From positions 40,505 through 104,504 of the forward strand of contig JBFFIE010000002.1 in assembly GCA_041556555.1 (NCBI GenBank): a stretch of DNA of 64,000 nucleotides, read 5' to 3'. The notes under the pieces are model-generated. The model was not told where the DNA came from and searched no databases. It worked only from the letters and a program-made list of their open reading frames with translations. Origin of the DNA: Gammaproteobacteria bacterium. Lineage in GTDB: Bacteria > Pseudomonadota > Gammaproteobacteria > Eutrophobiales > Eutrophobiaceae. Shown one piece after another: positions 18,879-28,847 of the stretch (positions within the stretch are counted from its first letter, which is position 1; every line of letters begins with the position of its first letter). A program made the translations under genes and the position numbers.

Positions 18879-21035
18879 ATGGATGTTTCTCCAATTCTCG
18901 ATTCCCTCAATGCTGCACAACGCGAAGCGGTTGCTGCCGAGAACAGTAATATTCTTGTCCTCGCAGGTGCCGGCAGCGGTAAAACCCGGGTACTGGTTCA
19001 TCGGATTGCCTGGTATATCCAGACCGGGCAGGCCACGCCGTTTGGCATTCTAGCTGTCACTTTTACCAACAAGGCAGCGGCCGAAATGCGCGGGCGCATT
19101 GAAACACTCCTGCAGCAACCGGTGGGAGGTATGTGGGTGGGCACCTTTCATGGACTCGCTCATCGCCTGCTCAGGGCCCACTGGCAGGAGGCCGGATTGC
19201 CCCAGAGTTTCCAGATACTGGACAGTGATGATCAATACCGCACGATCCGCCGTGTGATCCGGGGCCTGGAACTGGACGAGGCGCAGTTTCCACCGCGCGA
19301 GGCACAGTGGTTTATCAATGCCCGCAAGGATGATGGCCTGCGTCCCGGGCATATCGATGACATGGGTGATCACACCCTGCATCAGATGATACGTATCTAC
19401 AGGACCTATCAGGATACCTGTGAACGTTCAGGTCTGGTGGATTTTGCCGAATTGCTATTGAGGGCCCATGAACTGTTCCGTGATCAAAAAGAAATCCTGC
19501 AACATTACCGGCAGCGCTTCAGGTTCATCTTGGTGGACGAGTTTCAGGACACCAATGCCCTTCAATATGCCTGGTTGCGGCTTCTGGCCGGTAACGAGAA
19601 CTTCCTGTTTGCCGTCGGTGATGATGATCAGTCCATTTACAGCTGGCGCGGTGCCCGAGTCGAAAACATGCAGTGTTTTGAAAAAGATTTTGCCAATACC
19701 CGCCTGATTCGTCTGGAACAGAACTATCGTTCGACAGCAACCATACTGAACGCGGCCAATACACTCATTGTCAATAATAACGCCCGGCTTGGAAAACAAC
19801 TCTGGACCGAAGGCGATGATGGGGAAAAGATCAGTCTCTACACAGCGTTTAACGAGCAGGAGGAGGCCCGCTTCGTTGTTGAGCAGATAATTTCCGATTA
19901 CAACACACACGGTCGCTATAAGGATCATGCGATCCTGTACCGTGTCAGCGCCCAGTCCCGGGTCATTGAAGAAGCACTGATGCGGACCAGTATTCCCTAC
20001 CGTGTGTATGGGGGCATGCGCTTCTATGAACGGGCCGAGATCAAGGACGCGCTCGCCTATCTCAGGCTGGCGACATACCGGGACGACGATGCTTCTTTCG
20101 AACGTATTATTAACACGCCACCTCGCGGTATTGGCCAAAGGACAATGGAAGAATTGCGGAGGATAGCCAGGAAAAATAATTCCTCGCTATGGTCGGCTGC
20201 CAATCACCTGCTGGAACATAAGCTGCTGAATGCCCGCGCACTGAATGCCCTGCAGGCATTTCTCAACCTGATGGCGCAAATCGCAGAGTCGAATAAGGGA
20301 CTACCGCTGGATGAAATCCTGGATAATGTTATTAGGCGCAGCGGCCTGATTGAACATTACAAGAAAGAAAAGGGTGAAAAAGGTCAGGCCCGTATCGAAA
20401 ACCTGGAGGAACTAGTTACAGCCGCCGGAGAATTTGAAGTTGGTGATGATGCCGAAACCATGGAACCACTGCAGGCCTTCCTCGCCCACGCAGCATTGGA
20501 AGCCGGAGAAACGCAGGCCAGTGCCTATTCAGACTGTGTGAGTCTCATGACTCTGCATTCAGCCAAGGGGCTTGAGTTTCCCCATGTCTACCTGGTCGGC
20601 ATGGAAGAAGGACTTTTCCCACATCAGCGATCCAGTGAAGACCTGGTACATCTCGAGGAGGAGCGACGCCTGTGTTATGTGGGTATTACCCGCGCGCAAA
20701 AAAGTCTGGTACTCACCTATGCCGAGCATCGTCGCCTGCACGGTTCGGATTACTATCCCCAACCGTCCCGGTTTATCCGTGAACTGCCGGCGGAAGCCAT
20801 TGAAGAGGTTCGCCTAGGCAAAAACGCTGTGCCATCAACACTGTTTGGAAAAAATAATAACAACGCCAGTGATTGCGGTTTCAATCTCGGCCAACGAGTG
20901 CAACATGCCAAGTTTGGTGAGGGCGTGATTCTTAACCTTGAGGGAACGGGGGACAATACAAGAATCCAGGTTAACTTTGAGCAAGTTGGCAGCAAGTGGC
21001 TGGTTGCCGCCTACGCCAATCTGCAGGCTGGTTGA
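18879..21035 (+). CDS. uvrD: DNA helicase II UvrD
   Basis: 718 aa. MDVSPILDSLNAAQREAV matches the E. coli UvrD N-terminus. Walker A AGAGSGKT and UvrD/Rep helicase motifs. Confidence 0.95.
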   Translation: MDVSPILDSLNAAQREAVAAENSNILVLAGAGSGKTRVLVHRIAWYIQTGQATPFGILAVTFTNKAAAEMRGRIETLLQQPVGGMWVGTFHGLAHRLLRAHWQEAGLPQSFQILDSDDQYRTIRRVIRGLELDEAQFPPREAQWFINARKDDGLRPGHIDDMGDHTLHQMIRIYRTYQDTCERSGLVDFAELLLRAHELFRDQKEILQHYRQRFRFILVDEFQDTNALQYAWLRLLAGNENFLFAVGDDDQSIYSWRGARVENMQCFEKDFANTRLIRLEQNYRSTATILNAANTLIVNNNARLGKQLWTEGDDGEKISLYTAFNEQEEARFVVEQIISDYNTHGRYKDHAILYRVSAQSRVIEEALMRTSIPYRVYGGMRFYERAEIKDALAYLRLATYRDDDASFERIINTPPRGIGQRTMEELRRIARKNNSSLWSAANHLLEHKLLNARALNALQAFLNLMAQIAESNKGLPLDEILDNVIRRSGLIEHYKKEKGEKGQARIENLEELVTAAGEFEVGDDAETMEPLQAFLAHAALEAGETQASAYSDCVSLMTLHSAKGLEFPHVYLVGMEEGLFPHQRSSEDLVHLEEERRLCYVGITRAQKSLVLTYAEHRRLHGSDYYPQPSRFIRELPAEAIEEVRLGKNAVPSTLFGKNNNNASDCGFNLGQRVQHAKFGEGVILNLEGTGDNTRIQVNFEQVGSKWLVAAYANLQAG

Positions 21036-21047
21036 TCAGCATCCATG

Positions 21048-21073
21048 AAAAAAGCCTCCCGCAGGAGGCTTTT
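21048..21073. terminator. Bidirectional rho-independent terminator between uvrD and the comEA-like gene
   Basis: AAAAAA-GCCTCC-cgca-GGAGGC-TTTT hairpin flanked by A and T runs. Confidence 0.7.
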
Positions 21074-21097
21074 CTGATCCAGAAATTCTTCCCGGGT

Positions 21098-21355
21098 TTA
21101 CCAGGTCATCCTGTTGTAGTTCGGCAGTAATACATCTTTGCCAATACCCACAAACGTCAGTTCGTGGGGACTTGCAATCCTGCCTTCCTCTTCACGATAT
21201 TCAATAATAGCTTCTGCCTGTTTCTCGGTTAATCCTTTAAGGCCATCAACCAGTTCCTGCTTGTCGGCTTTGTTGAGATCAACCTTGTTGGCAAATGCTA
21301 CTGCCGAGAATACGGATAGCATGATAATCGCAAGTGACTTACTTAGAGTTTTCAT
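21098..21355 (-). CDS. ComEA-like periplasmic helix-hairpin-helix DNA-binding protein (paralog 1)
   Basis: 85 aa. Signal peptide (AVAFA), then LNKADKQELVDGLKGLTEKQAEAIIEYREEEGRIASPHEL, a ComEA HhH module. Confidence 0.7.
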   Translation of the reverse strand: MKTLSKSLAIIMLSVFSAVAFANKVDLNKADKQELVDGLKGLTEKQAEAIIEYREEEGRIASPHELTFVGIGKDVLLPNYNRMTW

Positions 21356-21480
21356 TTGGTCCTCCCATGATTATTTTATGCATGTGATAGGTTTGACAAG
21401 GCAGGAAGACCAGGTTCACATCAAGTTAATTGATCTTTTAAATGAAGTTGATAAATTCAGTTTATTAAAATACGCCTGAC

Positions 21481-21514
21481 AAAAAAGAAGGGCCTTATTA
21501 AATTAAGGCCCTTC
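21481..21514 (-). terminator. Rho-independent terminator of comEA-like paralog 2
   Basis: GAAGGGCCTTA-ttaaat-TAAGGCCCTTC perfect 11-bp stem. A-run on the plus strand gives a T-run on the minus strand. Confidence 0.7.
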
Positions 21515-21539
21515 CTGTGTTAACCTTTTTACAGATTAT

Positions 21540-21806
21540 TTACTTGACTACGATCACGTCTTTGTTGATGTTAACGGTGTCGTAGCCGATCCCTTCGACC
21601 AGTTCCAGGTCTTCAGGGCTTTTGAAATCACCGTGCTTCTGTCTGTAAGCCACGATCGCTCTTGCCAGTCCTTCCGTAACACCGGTCAATTCCTTTTCCA
21701 GTTCGGCAGCATCAGCGGTGTTGATATTTACCTGGTCATCAACTGCCGTCGCTGCCACCGGTACTGCAAGTAGTATCGATAGAATCATGCTTTTAAAAAC
21801 TCTCAT
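21540..21806 (-). CDS. ComEA-like periplasmic helix-hairpin-helix DNA-binding protein (paralog 2)
   Basis: Signal peptide MRVFKSMILSILLAVPVAATA, then VNINTADAAELEKELTGVTEGLARAIVAYRQKHGDFKSPEDLELVEGIG HhH. Start set at the internal Met. Confidence 0.7.
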   Translation of the reverse strand: MRVFKSMILSILLAVPVAATAVDDQVNINTADAAELEKELTGVTEGLARAIVAYRQKHGDFKSPEDLELVEGIGYDTVNINKDVIVVK

Positions 21807-22105
21807 GCTTACCTCCTGTCTGGTTACAAATTTAAATGAATTGATCAATTGCATCAGGTTCGTCGCCCAAACTGTTTATGCAAATTTTTTCAATTACTTT
21901 GGTAGACAGGTGCGAGGGTGAAGGTTCGTTAAATATACATACAAATAATCTATCAATTATTACTTGGTAATAAGTTTTAATTATTGTTTTTAAATCCGGA
22001 AAGTCTCTTCAGTTAAAACCAGGAGCAAACAAATAGTTTGATTCAAAAAATGAAATGAATGGTGTTAATTACGAAGAATTTGCTTACTATAGGCAGGTTT
22101 TTTGA

Positions 22106-23227
22106 ATGGCAAGAGTGAAACAGTTTATGAGAATGACAAGATTAATCATCATCCCTCTGTTTGTTCTGTTTCTTGCGGCTTGTGGGGGCGGTGGCGATAG
22201 TACGGGCTCTGGTGACAAAGTAAAGGACGATCGAGTGTTTAACTGGAAGATGGTGACGACCTGGCCACCGGGTTTCCCGATTTTCCAGGAAGGCGCCGAG
22301 AGTTTTGCCAGACAAGTCAAGACCATGAGTGGTGGCCGTCTGAATATCCGGGTCTATGCCGGTGGTGAACTCGTGCCCCCCCTACAGGTGTTTGATGCGG
22401 TATCACAGGGCACCATAGAGATGGGGCATGGGTCACCTTATTACTGGGCAGGCAAGGTGCCCGAGGCACAGTTTTTTTCCTCTGTGCCTTTTGGCATGAC
22501 TGCCAAAGGGATGAATGCCTGGTTGTATTACGGTGGTGGACTGGATTTGTGGCAGGAAGTTTACGCACCATTTAATGTGGTCCCGTTACCCATGGGAAAT
22601 ACCGGCATGCAAATGGGCGGCTGGTTCAATAAGAAAATCAATACACTTGAAGATATCAAGGGTCTGCGCATGCGCATTCCTGGTCTGGGTGGCAAGGTTT
22701 TCAAGCGTGCGGGTGGTAATCCGGTTTTGATGGCCGGCAGTGAAATTTATACAGCGCTTGAGCGGGGGACCATTGATGCAACCGAATGGGTGGCGCCATT
22801 TCATGATCAACGGCTCGGCCTGAATCGGGCGGCAAAATATTATTATTATCCCGGTTGGCATGAACCAGGCACCATGTTCGAATTGATTATCAATTCAAAT
22901 AACTGGAATGAACTACCAGATGACCTGAAACAGATCGTTGAAACGACTGCTTTAGCAGTAAGCCAGACCATATACTCACAGATGGAATATTATAATCAAA
23001 AGGCCTTGCAAGAAATACGTCAGGACAGCCGGATCGAATTGCTGCAATTTCCCGATGAGGTTCTACAGGAATTGCAGGCCATGACACTGGAAACACTGGA
23101 TGAAGAGGCCGCTGTAAACCCGGCCTTTAAACGGATATATGATGCCTATCGGAATTTCCGGAATCAGTATATGCAATGGACCCGGCTCAGTGAGGATGCC
23201 TACCAGGATATTTTACGCGGACAATAA
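22106..23227 (+). CDS. TRAP-transporter DctP-family solute-binding lipoprotein (orphan: no dctQ/dctM adjacent)
   Basis: 373 aa. Lipobox LAAC. DctP-family fold motifs (GSPYYWAGK, EWVAPFHD). The start could be the downstream Met at 22127. Confidence 0.8.
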   Translation: MARVKQFMRMTRLIIIPLFVLFLAACGGGGDSTGSGDKVKDDRVFNWKMVTTWPPGFPIFQEGAESFARQVKTMSGGRLNIRVYAGGELVPPLQVFDAVSQGTIEMGHGSPYYWAGKVPEAQFFSSVPFGMTAKGMNAWLYYGGGLDLWQEVYAPFNVVPLPMGNTGMQMGGWFNKKINTLEDIKGLRMRIPGLGGKVFKRAGGNPVLMAGSEIYTALERGTIDATEWVAPFHDQRLGLNRAAKYYYYPGWHEPGTMFELIINSNNWNELPDDLKQIVETTALAVSQTIYSQMEYYNQKALQEIRQDSRIELLQFPDEVLQELQAMTLETLDEEAAVNPAFKRIYDAYRNFRNQYMQWTRLSEDAYQDILRGQ

Positions 23228-23275
23228 AATAAGGGCCGGAATCGGCCCTTTTCTGGACTTGTATTTGTCTCAAAG

Positions 23276-23800
23276 TTACCGGCTCTGGCTGACCATGTAA
23301 TCCACGGCGGCCTTGACATCCTCATCACTCATTGCCGGGTTTCCACCTTTGGCAGGCATCATGCCCATGTTGCCGGTGAATCCATTGATAGCATGATCGT
23401 AAAGTACCTCGATGCCCTTGCTGATTCGAGGTCTCCAGGCATCGGCATCGCCGGTTTGCGGGATCATGGACGCCAGCGCAGAAATGCCATGGCAATTAAC
23501 ACATAGGTTGTCATACGTTTTTTGACCCGGATCACCACCGGTATCTGCCGCAGTGACTGCCGGTGCAGATTCCATAGCCATTTCGGGTTCTGGTTGCATT
23601 TCCTCCTCTTCGCCCGGCATCATTGCTTTACCAACCGGTGCTGTTCGCTCGGTAACAGCAGGTGCGGTGCGTTCTGCTTCCGCGGCCTTATCAATACCAT
23701 AAATCCTTGATAATATTGCGAATACTACCATCAGCAAGGCTAGTATCCCGATGGCGAGTGCAAAATTTCTGAAAAATATTTGATCTTTTTCCTGACTCAT
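23276..23800 (-). CDS. Membrane-anchored monoheme cytochrome c (c5-like)
   Basis: 174 aa. N-terminal TM helix, acidic linker, and a single CVNCHG haem-binding motif with the distal Met region (MGMMPAKGG). Confidence 0.8.
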   Translation of the reverse strand: MSQEKDQIFFRNFALAIGILALLMVVFAILSRIYGIDKAAEAERTAPAVTERTAPVGKAMMPGEEEEMQPEPEMAMESAPAVTAADTGGDPGQKTYDNLCVNCHGISALASMIPQTGDADAWRPRISKGIEVLYDHAINGFTGNMGMMPAKGGNPAMSDEDVKAAVDYMVSQSR

Positions 23801-24036
23801 TGTTTTCCCCTGAAAAGCTGGATTGGATAAATTCTATTTATAATAATTTAACGCGGGATTATACCGACTGTTATCAGATCGGGGAACTCAGTCTAGACGA
23901 AAATCTGACTGCACGGTACTCTCTGCCAAATAGAACAGTGCATATGGTTTCGCAGAGGCTACCGTGTCTGGCTTGAAACCACCACTCACTGACTGCGGAA
24001 AATAATTTGAACGGTTGTTTTGTTTGTCCCATTGCA

Positions 24037-24113
24037 GCGCCCTTAGCTCAGCTGGATAGAGCGCAGCCCTCCGGAGGCTGAGGTCAGAGGTTCGAATCCT
24101 CTAGGGCGCGCCA
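24037..24113 (+). tRNA. tRNA-Arg (anticodon CCG)
   Basis: Manual cloverleaf: acceptor GCGCCCT/AGGGCGC, D-arm GCTC-AGCTGGATA-GAGC, anticodon stem CAGCC/GGCTG with loop CTCCGGA, T-arm AGAGG-TTCGAAT-CCTCT, and an encoded CCA. Confidence 0.9.
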
Positions 24114-24554
24114 TTCATCCGCCCTCACATCGATTGCAATAATAGTCATCCGAGCTTTAACCAGTGTATTGGACATTATCTTGAACATGCAAGTCTGTTT
24201 GTACTCAATGACACGGCGGTGGCCGCACAGGTGTTTTTACGGAGATACCTGAACAAATGAAGGGGTTAGTATTTCTGTTTAAATAATGTCACATCCCTGT
24301 GACGATCGCTTGGAGTGTAAACAGAAAGAGGGCTGAAACAATTCATCTCCCTGAAAACGAGTCTAAAGATAAATAATAAATTTTCAATAGTACTTGAGTA
24401 GTAAATTTGTACGGGTAAAACACTCTATCTGTTTGCAAAAAACTATCTATATGAAGTAGTAAACATATTTGGTTAATTATTAATCAGGTGAACTCACATT
24501 AATTCGTGATCATCTGCAATCATTATTTTTGAAAAATCGCCTAACCTGGATAGG

Positions 24555-24622
24555 GTAACCCCTGGGGGATATTATTCCGGTAACGAACCGGTTTGCATTT
24601 GAGAGGTTTACAAGGGGTTACC
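24555..24622. repeat. Long-range inverted repeat (GGTAACCCCTGG ... CAAGGGGTTACC) enclosing a CCGGT-aacga-ACCGG hairpin
   Basis: Seen directly in the gene-free region between tRNA-Arg and the purE 3' end. Confidence 0.5.
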
Positions 24623-24721
24623 ATAAATTGCCATACTAACAAAGCATTAAATTATGCAATTGCCGAAATGGCCGGGAGGTTGCTGTTTATATGTCTGAAG
24701 ATACCGGGTATCGCCCTTTAC

Positions 24722-25237
24722 TTAAACAGATTTGCTCCGGGACTTCTTCAGGTTCTTGTTTTTGACCCGTGAGGCCTTGGCCATGGATGCTTTGAATTTC
24801 ATGATGCGGGTCTGTAAATCCGGGTCACTGGCCGCAATGATCTCGATGGCCAGGAGTCCGGCGTTTTCACCTCCGCCGATGGCAACGGTTGCGACCGGCA
24901 CGCCGGCAGGCATCTGGGCAATGGATAATAATGAATCCAGGCCCTTAAGTGCCTTGCTTTCAATCGGCACGCCAATCACAGGCAGAGGCGTCAGGCTGGC
25001 CACCATGCCGGGCAAATGTGCAGCACCCCCTGCACCGGCTATGATGACTTTCAGGCCGCGTTCGTGCGCGGATTGTGCATATTCTGTCATGTCCAGTGGC
25101 GTGCGATGCGCCGAGACAACCCTTGCCTCATAGGGAATTTTAAACTTCTTGCAGGTTTCGGCTGCGGGTTCCAGGGTCGGCCAGTCTGAATCACTACCCA
25201 TAATTATTCCGATCAGGGGTTGTTTCTTTGTGCTCAT
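24722..25237 (-). CDS. purE: N5-carboxyaminoimidazole ribonucleotide mutase
   Basis: 171 aa. [15 protein letters not shown] and the PurE core [17 protein letters not shown]. The Lys-rich C-terminal tail is unusual. Confidence 0.95.
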   Translation of the reverse strand: MSTKKQPLIGIIMGSDSDWPTLEPAAETCKKFKIPYEARVVSAHRTPLDMTEYAQSAHERGLKVIIAGAGGAAHLPGMVASLTPLPVIGVPIESKALKGLDSLLSIAQMPAGVPVATVAIGGGENAGLLAIEIIAASDPDLQTRIMKFKASMAKASRVKNKNLKKSRSKSV

Positions 25238-26430
25238 TTGTTCTCTCCAAAACAGATGGCATCAGCTGCGCGCTGTGCCCGCTCTTCCACTTCATCCATG
25301 CTGTCACCAATTGCAGTGACATGGCCCATTTTACGACCGGGATTGCTTTTATCCTTGCCATAGATATGCACGTGAACACCATTGATCCTCAATGCATCTT
25401 CAATACCAATAGGTTCACCACTGCCCTCGGCCTGACCCAGAAGATTGATCATTACCGCGGCCGGTTTGATCATTTCTGTAGATCCGAGCGGCCAGCCAAG
25501 CACGGCCCTGATATGGTTTTCAAACTGTGAACATTCGCAGGCCTCAATCGTGTAATGCCCCGAATTATGTACCCTGGGTGCAAGTTCGTTGATGATTACC
25601 TCATTATCTCTTGTCAGAAACATTTCCACGCCAAAGCTGCCAATGGCACCGACTGCGGCAACCGCCTCCCGGGCAATACGGCTTGCCCTTATTGCGAGTG
25701 AATCGGGCACCCGTGCCGGGGCGCGGACAATGTGGCAGATGTGATTCCGTTGAACGGATTCCACTAAAGGGTATGAGACCACCTCGCCATTACTGCCTGT
25801 GGTAATGATAATCGCAAGTTCCATGGTGAACGGGCAGAATGCCTCGGCATAGAGCCCACGGTTATCACCATCCAGTTTCTCCCAGGCCGCATTTATCTCA
25901 TCGGGATTATTAACAGTGGCATTGCCTTTGCCATCGTAAGCATTGCGGCGGGCCTTGATCACCAGCGGCCAGCCTAGTTCTGCCGCAATATCGGGGATAT
26001 CTTCCCGCGTTGAAACGATCTGAAATGCGGGTACTGGTAACCCGGCTTCGGCCAGAGTCTGTTTCTGGATGTATTTGTCCTGGACCAGGCCAATACAGCG
26101 TGACGTCGGGTAGAGGTTATAACGAGCCTGTTCCAGCGTGGCCAGACTGTTGGCATCGACAAATTCATTTTCCAGGGTCACGATATCGGTCGATTCGGCC
26201 AGTTGGGCAAGATCTTCCGGCTTGTCCCAATCCCCGATCAGGGAATGGCTCGCCAGATTTGCCGCCGGGCTGTATTGTTTGCGTTCCAATACCACGACAT
26301 CACAACCCAGTTCCAGACCGGCCAGAGCCGTCATCTTGGCCAATTGGCCTCCACCGATGATCCCCAGCCGGGGGCTGACACCGGAAAAGGTGTCCACCCT
26401 GCTTGGCTTATGTGGATTGGTTTCCTGCAT
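25234..26430 (-). CDS. purK: N5-carboxyaminoimidazole ribonucleotide synthase
   Basis: 398 aa, ATP-grasp. [13 protein letters not shown] and PGRKMGHVT motifs match PurK exactly. 4-bp overlap with purE. Confidence 0.9.
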   Translation of the reverse strand: MQETNPHKPSRVDTFSGVSPRLGIIGGGQLAKMTALAGLELGCDVVVLERKQYSPAANLASHSLIGDWDKPEDLAQLAESTDIVTLENEFVDANSLATLEQARYNLYPTSRCIGLVQDKYIQKQTLAEAGLPVPAFQIVSTREDIPDIAAELGWPLVIKARRNAYDGKGNATVNNPDEINAAWEKLDGDNRGLYAEAFCPFTMELAIIITTGSNGEVVSYPLVESVQRNHICHIVRAPARVPDSLAIRASRIAREAVAAVGAIGSFGVEMFLTRDNEVIINELAPRVHNSGHYTIEACECSQFENHIRAVLGWPLGSTEMIKPAAVMINLLGQAEGSGEPIGIEDALRINGVHVHIYGKDKSNPGRKMGHVTAIGDSMDEVEERAQRAADAICFGENK

Positions 26431-26520
26431 CTGGTTATATCTTAAGGTATCCGTGAATGGGGCGTGGTTATGCTTGAAACGGTGTTGTCAACGCCCCGGG
26501 AAAGGGGCGTATCATAACGA

Positions 26521-26549
26521 AAAATGGCCTTTGAAGGCCATTTTATTTT
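26521..26549. terminator. Bidirectional rho-independent terminator downstream of dsbA
   Basis: AAAATGGCC-tttgaa-GGCCATTTTATTTT hairpin. Confidence 0.6.
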
Positions 26550-26576
26550 GCTGGATAAGACCTTGTGTCGAAGAGT

Positions 26577-27206
26577 CTAATTGGATCGTTCTTCCTCAAT
26601 CAGCTGGTCGACCACCCGCATGACGGAGTCATAACTGCCCGCAAGTGAGGGAGAAGTCCGGTACTTGCCATTGACAATGAGCGCTGGAACACCGGTGATG
26701 CCATAACCCTTACCGGCCACAAAAGCTGCCTTCATGTCCTTGTCCACGGCTTCAGAATTGTAGAGTTTTTCAAACGTGTCTTTTTCCACGCCATATTCGG
26801 CAAAGAAATCTCGCAGACTCCCCGGGCTCATGAGATCTCTTTTCTTGTTATGGATGGCATTAAACAATGGGCGATGAATCTGTTCCAGAATTCCCAGTTT
26901 CTCGGCCACATAAAAGGCCTTGGCATGCGGTATCCAGTTCTTGCCCAGGATGCCTGGCATGCGGCGAAACTCGACATCCTCTGGCAGGTCCTGCAGCCAT
27001 TTTTCAAGTTCCGGTTCAAGTGCGTAACAATGCGGGCAGCCATACCAGAAGACCTCAACGACCTCAATTTTTTCACTGTTTGCAGTCTTTTGAGGTGTGG
27101 CAATGACTTCATAACCGGTATTGGCGGCACTTTGTTTTACCAGAAAAATTGCTGATACCAGGCTCAGGATAAATGCCGCTGTAATAATTTTGTATTTCAT
27201 ATTCAT
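26577..27206 (-). CDS. dsbA: Thiol:disulfide interchange protein DsbA
   Basis: 209 aa. Signal peptide, CPHC active site (FWYGCPHCYALEP), thioredoxin fold. Confidence 0.9.
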   Translation of the reverse strand: MNMKYKIITAAFILSLVSAIFLVKQSAANTGYEVIATPQKTANSEKIEVVEVFWYGCPHCYALEPELEKWLQDLPEDVEFRRMPGILGKNWIPHAKAFYVAEKLGILEQIHRPLFNAIHNKKRDLMSPGSLRDFFAEYGVEKDTFEKLYNSEAVDKDMKAAFVAGKGYGITGVPALIVNGKYRTSPSLAGSYDSVMRVVDQLIEEERSN

Positions 27207-27374
27207 TTCCTGTTGTTACTGGTTTTTATGTTCAGAACTCCCCACAGGATTGCAGGCCTGATTGATCTAATTGACCCGGTTAATGCCAAAAAGTGTCACT
27301 GATTTTTATATGCCAATGCCGTTAACTCACGTTTTGTGAATTCTATCACCGGCCCGGTGTCTGAATGAAAGAGC

Positions 27375-27989
27375 CTACTCCCAGGTGCTTCGCAGTCCCT
27401 GTACATAGGAAGATACAGCCTTGATCTCGTCATCTGACATGCGATCGACGACCTTGCGCATCACCTGATTGATGTCATTGGCACGAATATTTTCCCGGAA
27501 ATTGTTGAGTTGCAGCTCAATATAGGCGGCATGTTGACCACTCAAAGCGGGGTAGCTTGCGGCAGGATTGCCAAGCCCGGTTGGACCATGACAAGCCATG
27601 CAGGCCGGGACATTGTGTTCAATATTGCCAGCCCGATAGATCCTCTCACCCAGATCCAGCAGGACAGGATCAGTAGTGCCATAGCGGATTTTTTGAATGG
27701 CATAATAGGCGGCAAGGTCTTCCATATCCTGCTTGCTGAGATTGGTCGCCATGGGTGACATCTGGGCATTTTCCCGGCGACCTGCCTTGAAATCTTCAAG
27801 TTGTTTTACGATATAGCTCGGATGTTGACCTGCGAGCTTGGGCCAGACAGGATTTGAGCTGTTGCCGTTAACTCCATGGCAAGCTGCACAAGTCTGCGAT
27901 TTTTCCCTGCCGGCTACCGGGTCACCCGCGCCGAATAAATTAAATGAGATTAGAACAAGTGATAAAAGTAAAAAAACAAATTTAAGCAT
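27375..27989 (-). CDS. cc4: Dihaem cytochrome c4
   Basis: 204 aa. Signal peptide and two CxxCH motifs (CAACHG, CMACHG) with cytochrome c4 spacing. Divergent to engB as in pseudomonads. Confidence 0.9.
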   Translation of the reverse strand: MLKFVFLLLSLVLISFNLFGAGDPVAGREKSQTCAACHGVNGNSSNPVWPKLAGQHPSYIVKQLEDFKAGRRENAQMSPMATNLSKQDMEDLAAYYAIQKIRYGTTDPVLLDLGERIYRAGNIEHNVPACMACHGPTGLGNPAASYPALSGQHAAYIELQLNNFRENIRANDINQVMRKVVDRMSDDEIKAVSSYVQGLRSTWE

Positions 27990-28133
27990 TTTTCAAACTA
28001 TTCCACTTCAGTCTGGTTTTTTCATGACACACCCAGTTGCCATGTTGTTATTAGAATTTAGCCGGGTAGTTGCTCTGGTTTTGCTGGTAGGCTTTTTGAT
28101 TCCGGACGGGCACAATGTTAGCAAATTAATCAG

Positions 28134-28754
28134 ATGAATGAGACAAAAACATTGCCTGCAAACCCCTTCCGGCGGGCACGGTTTCTGCTGAGTGCCAACA
28201 GTCTGGACCAGTGTCCTGAAGATACCGGCTGTGAGATTGCCTTCGCCGGACGATCCAATGTGGGTAAATCAAGCGTGATAAACCTGTTAACGGAAAATCA
28301 CGGGCTGGCGCGCACCAGCAAGACGCCGGGAAGGACGCAATTACTTAATTTTTTTGCCTTGAATGAAACCCAGCGACTGGTTGATTTACCGGGTTATGGT
28401 TTTGCCAGGGTGCCCGAAAAGGTTCGCAAACACTGGGGCGAGGTCCTGCAGGCCTATTTCGATCAGCGACAGTGTTTGCGAGGCCTGGTTCTGATTATGG
28501 ATGCCCGACATCCTCTGAAGCCATTTGATCAGCAAATGCTGGCATGGTGTCGATCCGTACGCCTGCCAGCCCACATCGTACTGAATAAGTCCGATAAATT
28601 GTCCCGTGGAGCTGCCAGCAAAAGCCAGGACATTGTGCGCAAGGCCATTGCCGATGATCAGTTCTCGGTGCAATTGCTTTCCACTCTGAAGGCAACGGGC
28701 CTGGAGACCTTACAAGCGGTCTTGCTCGGTTGGTTGGGTGCTCAACCGCACTGA
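28134..28754 (+). CDS. engB: Ribosome biogenesis GTP-binding protein YihA/EngB
   Basis: 206 aa. G1 GRSNVGKSS, G3 DLPGYG, G4 NKSDK. Confidence 0.9.
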   Translation: MNETKTLPANPFRRARFLLSANSLDQCPEDTGCEIAFAGRSNVGKSSVINLLTENHGLARTSKTPGRTQLLNFFALNETQRLVDLPGYGFARVPEKVRKHWGEVLQAYFDQRQCLRGLVLIMDARHPLKPFDQQMLAWCRSVRLPAHIVLNKSDKLSRGAASKSQDIVRKAIADDQFSVQLLSTLKATGLETLQAVLLGWLGAQPH

Positions 28755-28847
28755 GTGGGATTAAAAAAAAGAGGGCCCCGGGCTGTACTGCTTAGGGGAG
28801 AGGGCATCCCGGGGCGAAATACCCGGCTGGGGAGACCGGGAAAGCTT

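Noticed and set aside
19455-20138. 227-aa minus-strand ORF inside uvrD
   Set aside because: It is antisense to UvrD helicase motifs and lacks any family signature.
24114-24721. Possible integrated genomic island at the tRNA-Arg 3' end
   Set aside because: There is no integrase, no direct repeat of the tRNA 3' end, and no cargo ORFs. It is kept only as a lower-confidence finding (structured gene-free spacer), not called a mobile element.
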